NCBI GenBank assembly: GCA_963707025.1
Contig: CAVPOM010000004.1
Span: forward strand, 576,001-640,000
DNA length: 64,000 nucleotides
Reading direction: 5' to 3'
Source of the DNA: an uncultured Verrucomicrobiae bacterium
GTDB taxonomy: Bacteria; Verrucomicrobiota; Verrucomicrobiia; Limisphaerales; Palsa-1400
The position numbers were made by a program, and so were the translations under genes. This document shows, piece after piece, positions 42,510-52,791 of this stretch (positions within the stretch are counted from its first letter, which is position 1; each line of letters begins with the position of its first letter). Below the pieces are notes generated by a model. That model saw only the letters and a list, made by a program, of their open reading frames with translations, did not search any database and was not told the DNA's origin.

Positions 42510-44386
42510 ATGCCCCCCAAGGAAGAGCCGCTCATTGTTTGGGCGTGTTACGAGCCCGCGGGTTACTCTGTATCATTGACAGCGGAAGACCTTGTGCAGC
42601 ACATGCTCGTCCTCGGCAGCACCGGCAGCGGCAAAACCACGTTGCTGATGGGCGCCATTCAACAGCTTCTGCGACACCCCATCGGGTTGCTGATTCTCGA
42701 CGCAAAACAGGACGGCGCGGTCGAGCACATCGCGCAGATGGCGGGGAGAGCGGGACGCGCACGCGATCTGGCCATTCTCGGCAGGCTGGAACGCATGCCC
42801 TGGATCTCTTCGGACCACTGCGGACCTTTGATGATGTGGAGACGCTGGCACAGTGGTTGATGTTGGCAACTGAACGCGTCGGCGGGGACAACCCGTACTG
42901 GCAGAACGCAACAGCGGCGCTGATTGCCGCGGCATTGACTTTGTTGGTGACTCAACGCAACCCGATCAGTTTCACCGAAGCAGTTGCCTTCATGAGGAGT
43001 TGGTTCGTCGGGGTGGAGGATTTTGCGACACTGCCCAAGCGGGTGGCGGCTGTAGTGGAACGAGCCAGGCGCAACGCTGCGAAACCCGGCGCCTGCCCGC
43101 AGTTGCTTGGGGCGCTCGATTACGTCGAGGTGTGGAAGCGTTTGGATGGGCGGACACGCAGCAACCTCCAAAGCTGCTTGTTGAACGTGCTGCGCCCGTT
43201 GCTGAGTTCGGCCGCGACGCGGTGTTTCGACGCAAAGGACCGGCCCACTTTTAGTCCGGCCCAAGTTGCCGCCGAAGGCAAACTGTGCGTGGTTAGCATC
43301 AATGCGCTGACGCAGCCGGAACTGGCAAAATTCATTTTCCGGTTGGCGCGAAAACAATTTTTCGATGCGGCGCAAACGCGAGGCGCCGGCGCGCACCCGC
43401 TCTGCGGATTGGTCGCCGATGAATTCCCCTTGATTGTGCAGCGCGAGGATGCCGATCAACTCGCGACATTGCGAAGCAAACAATGCTTTATGCTGGCGGC
43501 CGCTCAGGGGTTGTCCGGACTGGATGAAAAGATCGGCTGGCGTTTGCGCCGATCGGTCTTGCTCAATTTCAATACGATTGCCTTTCTGCGAACACGCGAG
43601 GAGGAAGCGGGCGAGTTTGCAGCCTTGAGTCTGGGCGCTCGCGAGGCGCAGCCGCCTGCCAAGGCAGAGCCGGCGTGGGAGGACGGCGTCGTGGCCACAT
43701 TATCGCGATCTTGGCGGTCCGAGAAACCACCTGAGCCGGTGTGTCCTCCGGGGACGCTGGGACGGTTGCGGCCACATCAAGGTTATGTCGTGCATAGTGA
43801 TGGAAGTCGAACGTCCTGGCCGGTGTGGTTCGCGCCGTGGTTTGAATTGTCTGAGGAGACTTCAGGGAATCAGAATGCCCCGCTGGAAAATCACGCTTCA
43901 TTCACCGCCCATTACGTCTGCCGGTTGATGGAACGGTGCGACATGAAACCCTTACTGTCCTCAGAAATGTTAAGCGCAGCAGTCCAACTTGATGCCGCCT
44001 TGGATGAGCGCGCGTTGGAAAGGGCGCGAGATTTCTTCCGCGGCAAGGCCGGCCTGGTTCCGAAAGGACTCGAATCGCTGCCAGCAAGCTGGTTGGCGGG
44101 GTTGCCGGGTATTCTTTGGGCAATGCGGAAGCCGCATTGGATGAATCTGCCTTACATGATTTGGCGGGTCGCGTGTGTGGATGGGGTGCTGCTTCTCAGC
44201 TTCGCCCAAGAAATGGATCCGCGCGATGCTCCCGTGACCGCGTGGGATCGTATCCGCGTGAGAGTGAATCGCTGCGTTTACCCAAGTCGGTGGCGGCCGC
44301 TTTTGCGGCGCCACCGGCTGCAACTCTCGCTCAAATGGCCAAACCTGCCACCGGAGGCCCAGGCCACCGGACAGGATCTCGCCTGA
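42510..44386 (+). CDS. VirD4/TraD/HerA-like P-loop ATPase, frameshifted near 42781
   Basis: HMLVLGSTGSGKT and LILDAK in one frame; LVADEFP, LRSK, AAQG in the next; adding one base at ILG|QAGTH joins them. Confidence 0.8.
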
Positions 44387-44493
44387 GTTCCATCCTCATT
44401 GCGCGAGATAACCCTGGCAGATCGCCTCTTGTCGCCTCTAGCGGAAGATTTCGCTCCCGAAAGGATTTTCGTCGGGACCATGATCGGATGTAT

Positions 44494-45171
44494 TTACAGC
44501 AGCATTTCCTTTCCGGCGTTTATCGCCGGCCGGAGCTCGCCGAAATCGGCGATGACCTCGCGGGCGAGTTGCCGCACGCGATACACAAGATCACGATTGA
44601 TGCCTGTGCTGCCGATGCGGTCATCGTCGTAAAAGCGCTGCTCCCAGTCCTGCACAACAGCTAACAATGCGGGTTGATTTTTGATCCTTTGATATAGCCT
44701 TTTGAAGAACACCCGATGCAGGTCTCGGCGGGACAACAGATCCTGTGCGTCCTGCAATTCTGCCGGTTCGACAGCGCCTGGTTCTTGTTCCGGGTCGCCC
44801 ACGAACGCGTGCTCGTGCCGATGGCGAGCCTCGTTGACCAGATTGTAGACATCACTGCTGATAACACCTATCACACAAGCGATGAACGCCTTCATGCTCA
44901 CTCGATTGCGTGCCTTAAGGTGCCGGCCCAGCGACGGATTGTCTTCACCCAGGTGCAGTTTGAGGAGCGCTTGATGCACCAGATCCTCAGCCTCTGTCGC
45001 CCCCAGGCACTGCTGCAACCAGCGGGAGTTGGTCGCGGCGCGCAGACGAAAGCGGGCAAAGCCGATGATGCGGTGATATTGCTCTTCCGATAATGCGGAC
45101 AGGAGTTCCTCGACGGAATAGCCGTCGCTGTTGTCCCCCAGCCCGATAATGTGCGAATTGATTTGTTCCAT
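44494..45171 (-). CDS. Hypothetical protein, ECF sigma region-2-like
   Basis: RIIGFARFRL...EAEDLVHQALLKL...FIACVIGVISSDVYNL resembles sigma70 region 2. Confidence 0.5.
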   Translation of the reverse strand: MEQINSHIIGLGDNSDGYSVEELLSALSEEQYHRIIGFARFRLRAATNSRWLQQCLGATEAEDLVHQALLKLHLGEDNPSLGRHLKARNRVSMKAFIACVIGVISSDVYNLVNEARHRHEHAFVGDPEQEPGAVEPAELQDAQDLLSRRDLHRVFFKRLYQRIKNQPALLAVVQDWEQRFYDDDRIGSTGINRDLVYRVRQLAREVIADFGELRPAINAGKEMLL

Positions 45172-45408
45172 GAAATTCTGTTTGACTATTATTTCTTGGA
45201 CCAGGACAGTTTCCGAAGGGACAGGTTTGGGATGGCGGCAGTGGCGGCGGCGATCTCGTCGAACCGTGGCAGACCGACCTTGTTGGCCTTAGTGGCTAAA
45301 CTTCGACTCGGTCCAGTGACAACGCAGGCGGTTCTGCACCAGGAAAAATCTCGCCCTGCCGCTGCGACTTGATTTTCAATTTGCGTGCGAACCTGGTCAT
45401 CGGTTCGG

Positions 45409-45816
45409 TCAGCGTCCCAGTTGTTTGAATGCTCGGTCAACCTCCAAAAGGTCAAGCCGGACTACGTCGCCGATTTTTAAGTAAGGAACGATTCGTCTGC
45501 GCATGATGCTCGTAACAGTTCGGAGGCTAATATTCAGGTGGGTGGCGACCTGCTGCTTTGTTCTCCATCTCCGGGTATGGCCTGCTGAATCTTTGGCCAG
45601 CCGCGGGCGGCTTTCGACCCGAAATCGTTCGACGGCGCGGTCGCAATGGTTCAATTCGAACCGGACGAGGTGCCCGGTCTTGGAGAAGGGCAGAATACCA
45701 CGCTGCATCCAATGGCCGATCGTGCGCGCGCTGACTTGGAGGTGTTGCGCCACCTGCGCTCTCGTCCGCCACTGCTTCTCCGGCTCCACGGCTTCGACTG
45801 CTGTGTTTTCAGGCAT
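45409..45816 (-). CDS. Tandem HTH_17 (excisionase-like) protein
   Basis: WRTRAQVAQHLQVSARTIGHWMQRGILPFSKTGHLVRF and WRTKQQVATHLNISLRTVTSIMRRRIVPYLKIGDVVRL. Confidence 0.85.
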   Translation of the reverse strand: MPENTAVEAVEPEKQWRTRAQVAQHLQVSARTIGHWMQRGILPFSKTGHLVRFELNHCDRAVERFRVESRPRLAKDSAGHTRRWRTKQQVATHLNISLRTVTSIMRRRIVPYLKIGDVVRLDLLEVDRAFKQLGR

Positions 45817-46037
45817 GCGAATATGTTTGGCAACAATTCGCGCTGCGCTGTGCTGCCGCTGCCACGATGGCCCGCTGCCTCCCGGGGAGGGTAATGCCGC
45901 GCCACGCCGGCCCGTTATGGCATGCATTTTCCAGGCCGGTATTGCCAGCAAAGGCGAATTCCAGCCGGAAGTCGTTGCTGCCAAGGGGCCAACTTCGGGG
46001 CGCCGCAACAAGAGCTTGCCAACGGCGCGGATGAGTT

Positions 46038-47099
46038 TTACGAGGTGGTCTGCGCTGACCCGCCAGCCGTGTCCAGAGGTAAAGAATCGGGCCGCGCCGC
46101 TGGCGTTGGTTGCGGCGGGATTGGCTTGGCAATTCGGATTGCCGTTCCGCATTTAGGGCAGATCGCCCTCCCAAAGGGCATCGGCTGGCGGAGGACGCCG
46201 CAGCATCTGCCGGCCGCCTTGATGGATTCCAGCAGGATCCGCCGTTTGGCCCGCTCCTCGATCTTTCGAGCTGCGACGCGCGCCTTTTTCTCCGCCTTGG
46301 CCGCAGCCCGCCTCGCGCGGCGTTGCGCCTTGGCCGCGGCCTTCCGCTGATGCGGCCCGACAAAACTCGCTTCTCCCCGGTCCACCGCAGCGGTGTAACG
46401 GGCCAGCCAGATGGCGTCCACTTCATTGTCGTCCATCGCCTGTCCATTCCGCCACAGCAATCCACTCCGCGGCTCCAGTTGGTAGCGCCCCGGTTCCGCG
46501 AGGGCAAGAGCCCGGGCCAAGTCGGGCTTCCTGGCGCCCCCATTGCCGGTGGCGAATCGTTTGAGGGTCGCGACGGCCACGCAATGAATGCTCACTTTGG
46601 CGTCGCGGCCTGCCAGCCAAATGGCGGTGCGCAATGAGGACCACAATTGCGTTTGGGCCTGGCTCCCCGCAAAAATTACATCTTCAAATACAATTCGGTC
46701 CACACCCGCCGCTACTTTCCCCTCCACGAAATCCAATATGCGCCCAAATCGCAGGTCAGAGGTCCGTTCTTTGGCCTCCTCTCGTTGCTGCTCCAACTCT
46801 TCGTCGGATGCCAGCAATTCCGTGCCCGAATCAATTATTTTGCCACCGGTCATCAGCGCCCATCCCGTATGCGTTCCCAAATCCACCGCCAGGGTCTTTT
46901 GCTCTGCCGGCCGGGAGCGAGATTTTTCCGGTGACGCCGGGTCCAACCGGCAGACATCCCCAGCCATTGGGCGGCCGGTGGCTTCTCTGTCTCCGGCTCC
47001 AACGCCGCCATCCGTTCGCGTCTCGTGTTCCATAGCGGATTTGCCATTGGCTGGGTGTAACGGCGGCATTCCAACCTCGTTGACAACAGAGGCGCTCAT
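46038..47099 (-). CDS. RuvC-like nuclease/Holliday junction resolvase with basic helix and Zn-ribbon extension
   Basis: LAVDLGTHTGWA, IVFEDV, LKRFATGNG, DDNEVDAIWL; then an Arg/Lys/Ala-rich helix and CCG...CPKCG; ATGA coupling at 47099. Confidence 0.8.
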   Translation of the reverse strand: MSASVVNEVGMPPLHPANGKSAMEHETRTDGGVGAGDREATGRPMAGDVCRLDPASPEKSRSRPAEQKTLAVDLGTHTGWALMTGGKIIDSGTELLASDEELEQQREEAKERTSDLRFGRILDFVEGKVAAGVDRIVFEDVIFAGSQAQTQLWSSLRTAIWLAGRDAKVSIHCVAVATLKRFATGNGGARKPDLARALALAEPGRYQLEPRSGLLWRNGQAMDDNEVDAIWLARYTAAVDRGEASFVGPHQRKAAAKAQRRARRAAAKAEKKARVAARKIEERAKRRILLESIKAAGRCCGVLRQPMPFGRAICPKCGTAIRIAKPIPPQPTPAARPDSLPLDTAGGSAQTTS

Positions 47100-48511
47100 G
47101 GTGGACCTCCTGAACCACCATTGGACTGCGCAGGTTGGCTGGTTTTTTGAGCCTCCGCTTCCTCGACCTCGAGTTGTTCGATCATCTGCAAGATGTCGTC
47201 TGGAATCTTTCGGTCCTTTTTGATAATAAAACCGTGCATGGGACGGCGGAGGTTGAGCCTGCCAGCGTGGTAGTACACAGTGCATTGGTTGCAATCGCGT
47301 TGCCGCGCAATCTCCGGTCCACCCACTTCCCACAGCATCCTCAAGAATTTCGCTTTGCTTTCGTCCCAGGGCATGAGCCTTTTTGCGACTGGTTGGGCTT
47401 GCTGGGCAGGCGGAAAGAGAGCCGCGAGCTTCTCTTGAGATTGATCCGCTGCTGCTTTGTTCCAGTCATGTCTTCCATGCAGACCACGCTTGTAACAATG
47501 TTTGTATACGACACTTGTGGAGACTTCCCACGCCTCGGCAATCTGGGCGATCGGGCCTGTATCCGCCAGCTTCTGGAGCAGCTCCGTCGGCACCTTTTTC
47601 CAGTCGATTGTTCCGTCAGGCTTTCGGGGTGCCGGCGGGATGGGATCCTTTCGCTCGAATTTCACGGCCTTGGGCCGCTTTCCATCCGTCGAAGAATCTT
47701 GTGCCGGCGGCGCGTTTTTTTTGAGTTGGAACTTGCCATCGCGCCGCTCGATCACGGACGCAGGATTCAAGGCCGCCCGATTCAGTATCGACCTGAGGCT
47801 CCCCACCCGGTCGCTGCCTTTGGCAGAGACGCTCTCCGCCAGCCCCATCTCCAAGCCCTTCGCCCAAATCTCGGAGGCGCCGAGCGGCCCGTGCGCGCGC
47901 AATACCAGCACGGCCATCTCCTTGAGTGTAAGGGGACCAGGGGTTTCCTTGCTCTCAGGGGGATTGGGTTTTCCATTGTTCGGCGACGCGTAGGTTTCGG
48001 GCGGCTGCGCCTGAGGTTGTTGCTTCGCGCCGGTCGTCGATTCGGGCCGCGTGGACGGACTGCCTTCCGTGGGTGGGCGGTTCGCTTGAGCAGGCGGCCC
48101 ATTCTCATTTTGCGCCTCGGAGGCCGCGGTCGGTGGCGCTTCGACCATAGGCAAACTCCGCAACTGTTGCATCACATTCGCGACGATGGTCTCCGCAGAC
48201 TGGTTCGCCGCCTGCAATGCCATCTTGATGCGTTCTAGGCAGGCGCGGGCGGCTGCCCAAGGGCCATATTCTGCGCGCGTCAGGTTGACCGTGTTGGCCT
48301 TCCAGGCGATCTCCAACGCTGCAATGATTTCCTTTCGGGTGTACTTGATAATCTTCTTTTGGGTTCCCGACGGAGTCTTAAGCCACGGGTGGTAGAAATA
48401 GTACCGACGGCGGTGCCCGTCGCTCTCGGTGCCGATTTTGTGGTCAACGCCACCAAATGGATGGAAGAATGACTCGATGATTTCCGGGACAGTCTGTGTA
48501 TTGGTGTTCAC
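47096..48511 (-). CDS. Multi-HTH protein with HARE-HTH-like domain
   Basis: LTLKEMAVLVLRAHGPLGASEIW...GKFQLK; further HTH-like segments IAQIAEAWEVSTSVVYKH and PEIARQRDCNQCTVYYH. Confidence 0.6.
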   Translation of the reverse strand: MNTNTQTVPEIIESFFHPFGGVDHKIGTESDGHRRRYYFYHPWLKTPSGTQKKIIKYTRKEIIAALEIAWKANTVNLTRAEYGPWAAARACLERIKMALQAANQSAETIVANVMQQLRSLPMVEAPPTAASEAQNENGPPAQANRPPTEGSPSTRPESTTGAKQQPQAQPPETYASPNNGKPNPPESKETPGPLTLKEMAVLVLRAHGPLGASEIWAKGLEMGLAESVSAKGSDRVGSLRSILNRAALNPASVIERRDGKFQLKKNAPPAQDSSTDGKRPKAVKFERKDPIPPAPRKPDGTIDWKKVPTELLQKLADTGPIAQIAEAWEVSTSVVYKHCYKRGLHGRHDWNKAAADQSQEKLAALFPPAQQAQPVAKRLMPWDESKAKFLRMLWEVGGPEIARQRDCNQCTVYYHAGRLNLRRPMHGFIIKKDRKIPDDILQMIEQLEVEEAEAQKTSQPAQSNGGSGGPP

Positions 48512-50043
48512 AGGGTTGCGGGTTCGGATTGTTCAGCATGGGCCTGACCATTTTCGGCGGCTGGGCTTGACGGCAATGATATTTGATTCTGGGCCTTCTT
48601 CGTGTGCGGGCGGCCAACGGGAGAGGGAGGGGCCTCATAAGGCAATGCTTTGAATTCCTCCAATGGATACCGAAAGTTGCCGTAGCGTCCTGCGTCCACT
48701 GGATTTACATAGCGCAAGTAACTCTCTTTTTGTTTTTGCAGCGTGTGGCCGGCCTGATCCGCGAAGTATTGCTTGTCTCCACCGCGTCCCACGAAGGTGG
48801 AAATGCAGGTGCGACGCATCACGTTTTTATCTGTCCACACAAAGGTGGGATCAATCTCCCGGGCAATATTCTTCAGCCGGGCCAAATGCCCTTCGCCGGG
48901 AATCAGCGGCCCGCTGTCGCGCCAAAGGATGAGTAAGAGTTCGCCGAGACGGCGGGGGATTATCACAGTCCGCGCGTCATGCACTCCACCTTCTTTGCCT
49001 TTCGCCACCTCCGCCGGCACCATGATCGAAGTGGGAAAGCCGTCCGTTCTGGTGACGTCGTTCCAAGTCAGTAACTTGAGCTCGCCCACCCTGACGGGAA
49101 GGTCGGAGACAACGGCGAGATACAAGAAATCGGCCGCATATTTGCACCGGCGGAACATTTGGCACCAGATTCCGTAGGGCAGGAGTGTGTCCAACTTTCT
49201 TGATTTCGCCACGAAGTCCAATTCCATGACGCGCTCATAGACGCATTTTCGGATGGCGCCGTAATCCTTGTACGCAATCTCGATGAATTGGCGCAGGACG
49301 ATCCAACGATCATACTTGGTTTTTTTGCCGCACGTCATGTTCAGCCGCCAGTTTTTCAGTTCTTCCACATCGAGGGAGTCACAATTTCGGCCCTCGCGCT
49401 GCTCGGCGAACTGCCGCAACAGCAGGATCTGCCGCCGCTTTTCGTGGTCGCCAAGACCGTCCTTTTCGATCTGTTCGGTGACCTTGTTGACGAGAGTCTC
49501 GATGGGGATGACCTCGCGCACGCGGACAAAGTAGTCCAGGTACTTGCCGACGACTTCCACCGGATCCTGTCCTGACGTCATTTTGTGGAGCGTTCTGGCC
49601 TGGTAGGCGGCCTTGAGGGGCTCCATCTTTATTTCCAGCAGGATCGCGCACATCTCGACGAATTGCTTGATGACGTCCATGAGGAGGCGGGTTTTTGTGA
49701 TCAGGCCGGTGGATTCAATCAGTTCGTGAATTATGTCCCGTTCGGCGGCCTTCTCCTGATTCACGTACGCGGTCCTGTGGTCCACCGGCGGCCGGTTGGC
49801 ATTGATGCGGCGCGCTTCGTCTTCCGCGAAGTTCATCGCCTTTTTCAGGGAATCGAAGGTGGACGGGGTCGACAGCGTGGCGCGCTTCGGGAAGACGCAC
49901 TTGACGCGGAAGCTGCCCGGGTCGCCGAGGGCCGGTTCAGGCTTACGCTTCGTGTACACGGCCACGGAGACGTGGTCATAATCGCCTCGGCGATAGAGGT
50001 CGCCATCTTTCTGGGCGCGCCAAATGAATGCAGGTTTGCTCAT
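48508..50043 (-). CDS. Tyrosine recombinase/integrase (divergent)
   Basis: VRVGELKLLTWNDV (Arg I), AKG (Lys), NVMRRT (Arg II), AGHT and nearby Tyr residues (ESYLRY). Confidence 0.85.
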   Translation of the reverse strand: MSKPAFIWRAQKDGDLYRRGDYDHVSVAVYTKRKPEPALGDPGSFRVKCVFPKRATLSTPSTFDSLKKAMNFAEDEARRINANRPPVDHRTAYVNQEKAAERDIIHELIESTGLITKTRLLMDVIKQFVEMCAILLEIKMEPLKAAYQARTLHKMTSGQDPVEVVGKYLDYFVRVREVIPIETLVNKVTEQIEKDGLGDHEKRRQILLLRQFAEQREGRNCDSLDVEELKNWRLNMTCGKKTKYDRWIVLRQFIEIAYKDYGAIRKCVYERVMELDFVAKSRKLDTLLPYGIWCQMFRRCKYAADFLYLAVVSDLPVRVGELKLLTWNDVTRTDGFPTSIMVPAEVAKGKEGGVHDARTVIIPRRLGELLLILWRDSGPLIPGEGHLARLKNIAREIDPTFVWTDKNVMRRTCISTFVGRGGDKQYFADQAGHTLQKQKESYLRYVNPVDAGRYGNFRYPLEEFKALPYEAPPSPVGRPHTKKAQNQISLPSSPAAENGQAHAEQSEPATL

Positions 50044-50426
50044 ATATATATAAATTTCTTTCGATTAGTCTCAATTATTTGGTGTCGCAAATGTTTGTTG
50101 GGCCGGTATTTGGCGGTGTCATCGTGGGGCGGCGCTTATCCGTCCCGAATTGGTCCCCAGATTCCATTCCGCGTCCTTTCCGGCCTCTACCGAGGAGGAT
50201 GTCCGGGGGACACCTCCTGTGAGAGACTTTTTCCAGGACTGCCTCGGTATGCCATGGTGTTTCCCCAAGTGCCACCAAGTGCCCTGGCGTGCTTGATGTT
50301 TCAAAACAGCCCAAATGGCATAAAAAGGAAGAAACTGGCACCTATAGTGCCCGCTTATCAATCCCCCATTATCCCAGATGAGGCGAGGTGGGGAGAAATA
50401 GCCGTAATAACGTATGTCGCCCGTGG

Positions 50427-50522
50427 CGGGATAACATGGGATGACGCCCGCGACGGGATAACACGGGATGACGCCAGCAGCGGTATAACACGGGATGACG
50501 CCAGCAGCGGTATAACACGGGA
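50427..50522 (+). repeat. 27-bp tandem repeat array A (~3.5 copies)
   Basis: CGG(G/T)ATAACA(C/T)GGGATGACGCC(A/C)GC.. at 50427, 50454, 50481 and 50508 (partial). Confidence 0.95.
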
Positions 50523-51379
50523 GATATAGGTAGCCGGCTACGGAATAGTCGAGTGCGGGGGAATAAAAGTTGCGGAAATGGTTCACGATGCCTCTTTTTG
50601 GTTGCCCGACTCCGCTTGAATCTCTCCCTGGCGGACGAACGCGCAATAGCTAGGACCAGACATGTATGTCTCCCCGCGGCTCGCATCATCTCTCGAAAAT
50701 ACGCGAAACCCTGCCACGAGTGGTTTTGCGTCCTTAGTACACCCAAGCAAATTTACCATGTAACTTTTGCTTTTTTGAGTGACCGCTTCCACTTCGCCTC
50801 TTTGAGGCACAAGGATCAAACCAGGGATACCCAGCTCACATCCGCCCAAGTGCGCGCATCTCGGGCACAGTGCCCGCCGCGACAACGACGCAATGATTAT
50901 CTGAGATGCGCCTCGCGGCATCAAGCCAGCGGAACCTCCAGTGCCGTCGGGTTGATTCTGTGTCATTGGACCTTTCATGATGTTAGTTGAATGGTTCAGG
51001 TGTACTTGGATACTGCCGGTGTGAAGTGCCTATTCCGACCTCGACAGCCTTGGAAAGGCCGGCATATCCCCCTGCGGGCATCCATGCCAAACGCTTGGTT
51101 CGCAATGAACCAAACTCTTGAAGCCGGCTTTTCGGAGCCGGGTCTGTTACTAGTCCGTATATATTTCAACATGCTTAATTGTAGGGCGCTGAGGTATCAC
51201 TAGTTTGGAAATAGCGCTGGAAATAAAAACAAATGATGATTTGGGAAGCAGAGCTTGTGGCTAGTTCACCTATAACGGTCGCTTGGCACAGACCTCTCTA
51301 CCACCCAGGCAGCTTAACGTCTCCCAAGTGGAGGAGAAATCAGGCCTGAGGCGACGAAAAAGTTGGGTACACCTTGCAA

Positions 51380-51460
51380 CGGGATAGCATGGGATGACAT
51401 CGGTAGCGGGATAGCACGGGATGACATCGGCAGCGGGATAGCACGGGATGACGCCCGGGA
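51380..51460 (+). repeat. 27-bp tandem repeat array B (3 copies), same family as array A
   Basis: CGGGATAGCA(C/T)GGGATGAC.. at 51380, 51407 and 51434. Confidence 0.95.
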
Positions 51461-51467
51461 CAGAAGA

Positions 51468-51782
51468 ATTTCGGCGCTCAGGCTCGGGTGCATGGGGATG
51501 TCGGAATTCTACGGCCCCCGCGATGATCCGGAATCCATCGCCATGATCCACCGTGCGGTCGGTTTCGGGGTGAACTTGCTCGACACAGCAGACATGAACG
51601 GCGGCGGCGAGAACGAGCGGCTGGTCGGGCGCGCCATTAAGGGCCGCCGGCGTGCCGTGGTCCTGACCAGGAGATTTTGGAACGTGCGCGACGAACGCGG
51701 CAATTTCCTGGGCGTCAATGGCACACCCGATTACGCCCGCCAGTGCTGCGATTCGAGCCTGCGGCGGCTGCGGCTGGCGTGA
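51468..51782 (+). pseudogene. Aldo/keto reductase N-terminal fragment
   Basis: [16 protein letters not shown]...LDTADMNG...NERLVG...SLRRL then stop; catalytic Tyr of DTADxYG is Asn; start and C-terminal two-thirds are missing. Confidence 0.85.
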
Positions 51783-51914
51783 CTAGGTAATACGAGCGGG
51801 GATTACCCCCGGAACGGACTGCGGACCCCGCACGGGTGCTGCCAAACGTGCCGCCGCCGGTTCCAATCAAAGCCAGGTGTGACGGTGGGGCGGTGATCTG
51901 TTCACATGGGCCAG

Positions 51915-52145
51915 ACGGCGTGGCCGCCCCGCGCCACACGCTGCCTCCGAAGGCCGTCACATGGATCACGGCGTCTTTGGCGGGATCGAACTCGACCCGC
52001 TGGATGTTCGGGAACGGCCATTCATCGAAGGCTCGCCAGGTTTTCCAGTTGTCGCGCGAGATCCAGAGGCCCGCTCCGGGCGCATCCCCGGTCAGGGTCA
52101 TGTAAATCCAGATGTCGTGTTTGGGGTGGAAATAGCCGTCGAAAG
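51915..52145 (-). pseudogene. C-terminal fragment of a BNR/Asp-box beta-propeller protein
   Basis: GLWISRDNWKTW (Asp-box), RVEFDP, VTAFGGSVWRG. Confidence 0.6.
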
Positions 52146-52791
52146 TCTGTGGCCATGGCATTCGACATACCCAACCGCTTGTTAGGCACTTGTGCCAAAA
52201 CGCCTTGATGTGTAGGCATATGGATAGCAACGCCGCAGATATGTATAATGCTATTGAGTGATGTAATCTGATATTTGAGAGTGCGATCAATGGTTGTTTA
52301 TGGCTGCACCGTGGCTGCAATTGCGGATGCTTTGAAGCGTTTATTGCTTTATCAATCATGAATACAGTATAGTGCGCGCGGTCTAAGAAGTAGGAGGAAT
52401 GCGGAAGGTATTACTTTTACGAACACAAAAGTGGTGGTTTTGCACATGGATGTAGTGGTGGAACGACTTTCCGAAATTATTCCCCGCCTTAGCCGCCATT
52501 AACTGAGCAGTTACGCTTGGAAACGCTGCCTCAGTCGCCACTTTATGCCTTGTTATCAGCAAATGAAGACGGATTACAGGTCTGGCGATCTTAAGTTATG
52601 GGTGGGGGGTGATAAAGAATGACCCCCGGTGAACCGGCTGTGCTGAACCCGATAGCTCTGGAGCAGCGAGGGCGGGGTGAAAATGAGGCATCTGGGGTGT
52701 CGAAGGGTATTTCGGCCCCCTCTGGTTGTTTGAAATGCCGACAGTTTGCTCTGGCCAAGGCCATCCTCAACCCGCCGGCCAAGAACTGCGC

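Noticed and set aside
46038..47099. TnpB/Cas12-like RNA-guided nuclease
   Set aside because: The RuvC motifs are compact and phage-resolvase-like, the Zn ribbon lies after the last catalytic motif, and there are no IS ends or adjacent array.
40436..50043. Intact prophage
   Set aside because: No terminase, portal, capsid, tail or lysis genes were recognised.
50427..51460. Second or mini CRISPR array
   Set aside because: The units are contiguous 27-mers with near-identical variable parts and no unique spacers.
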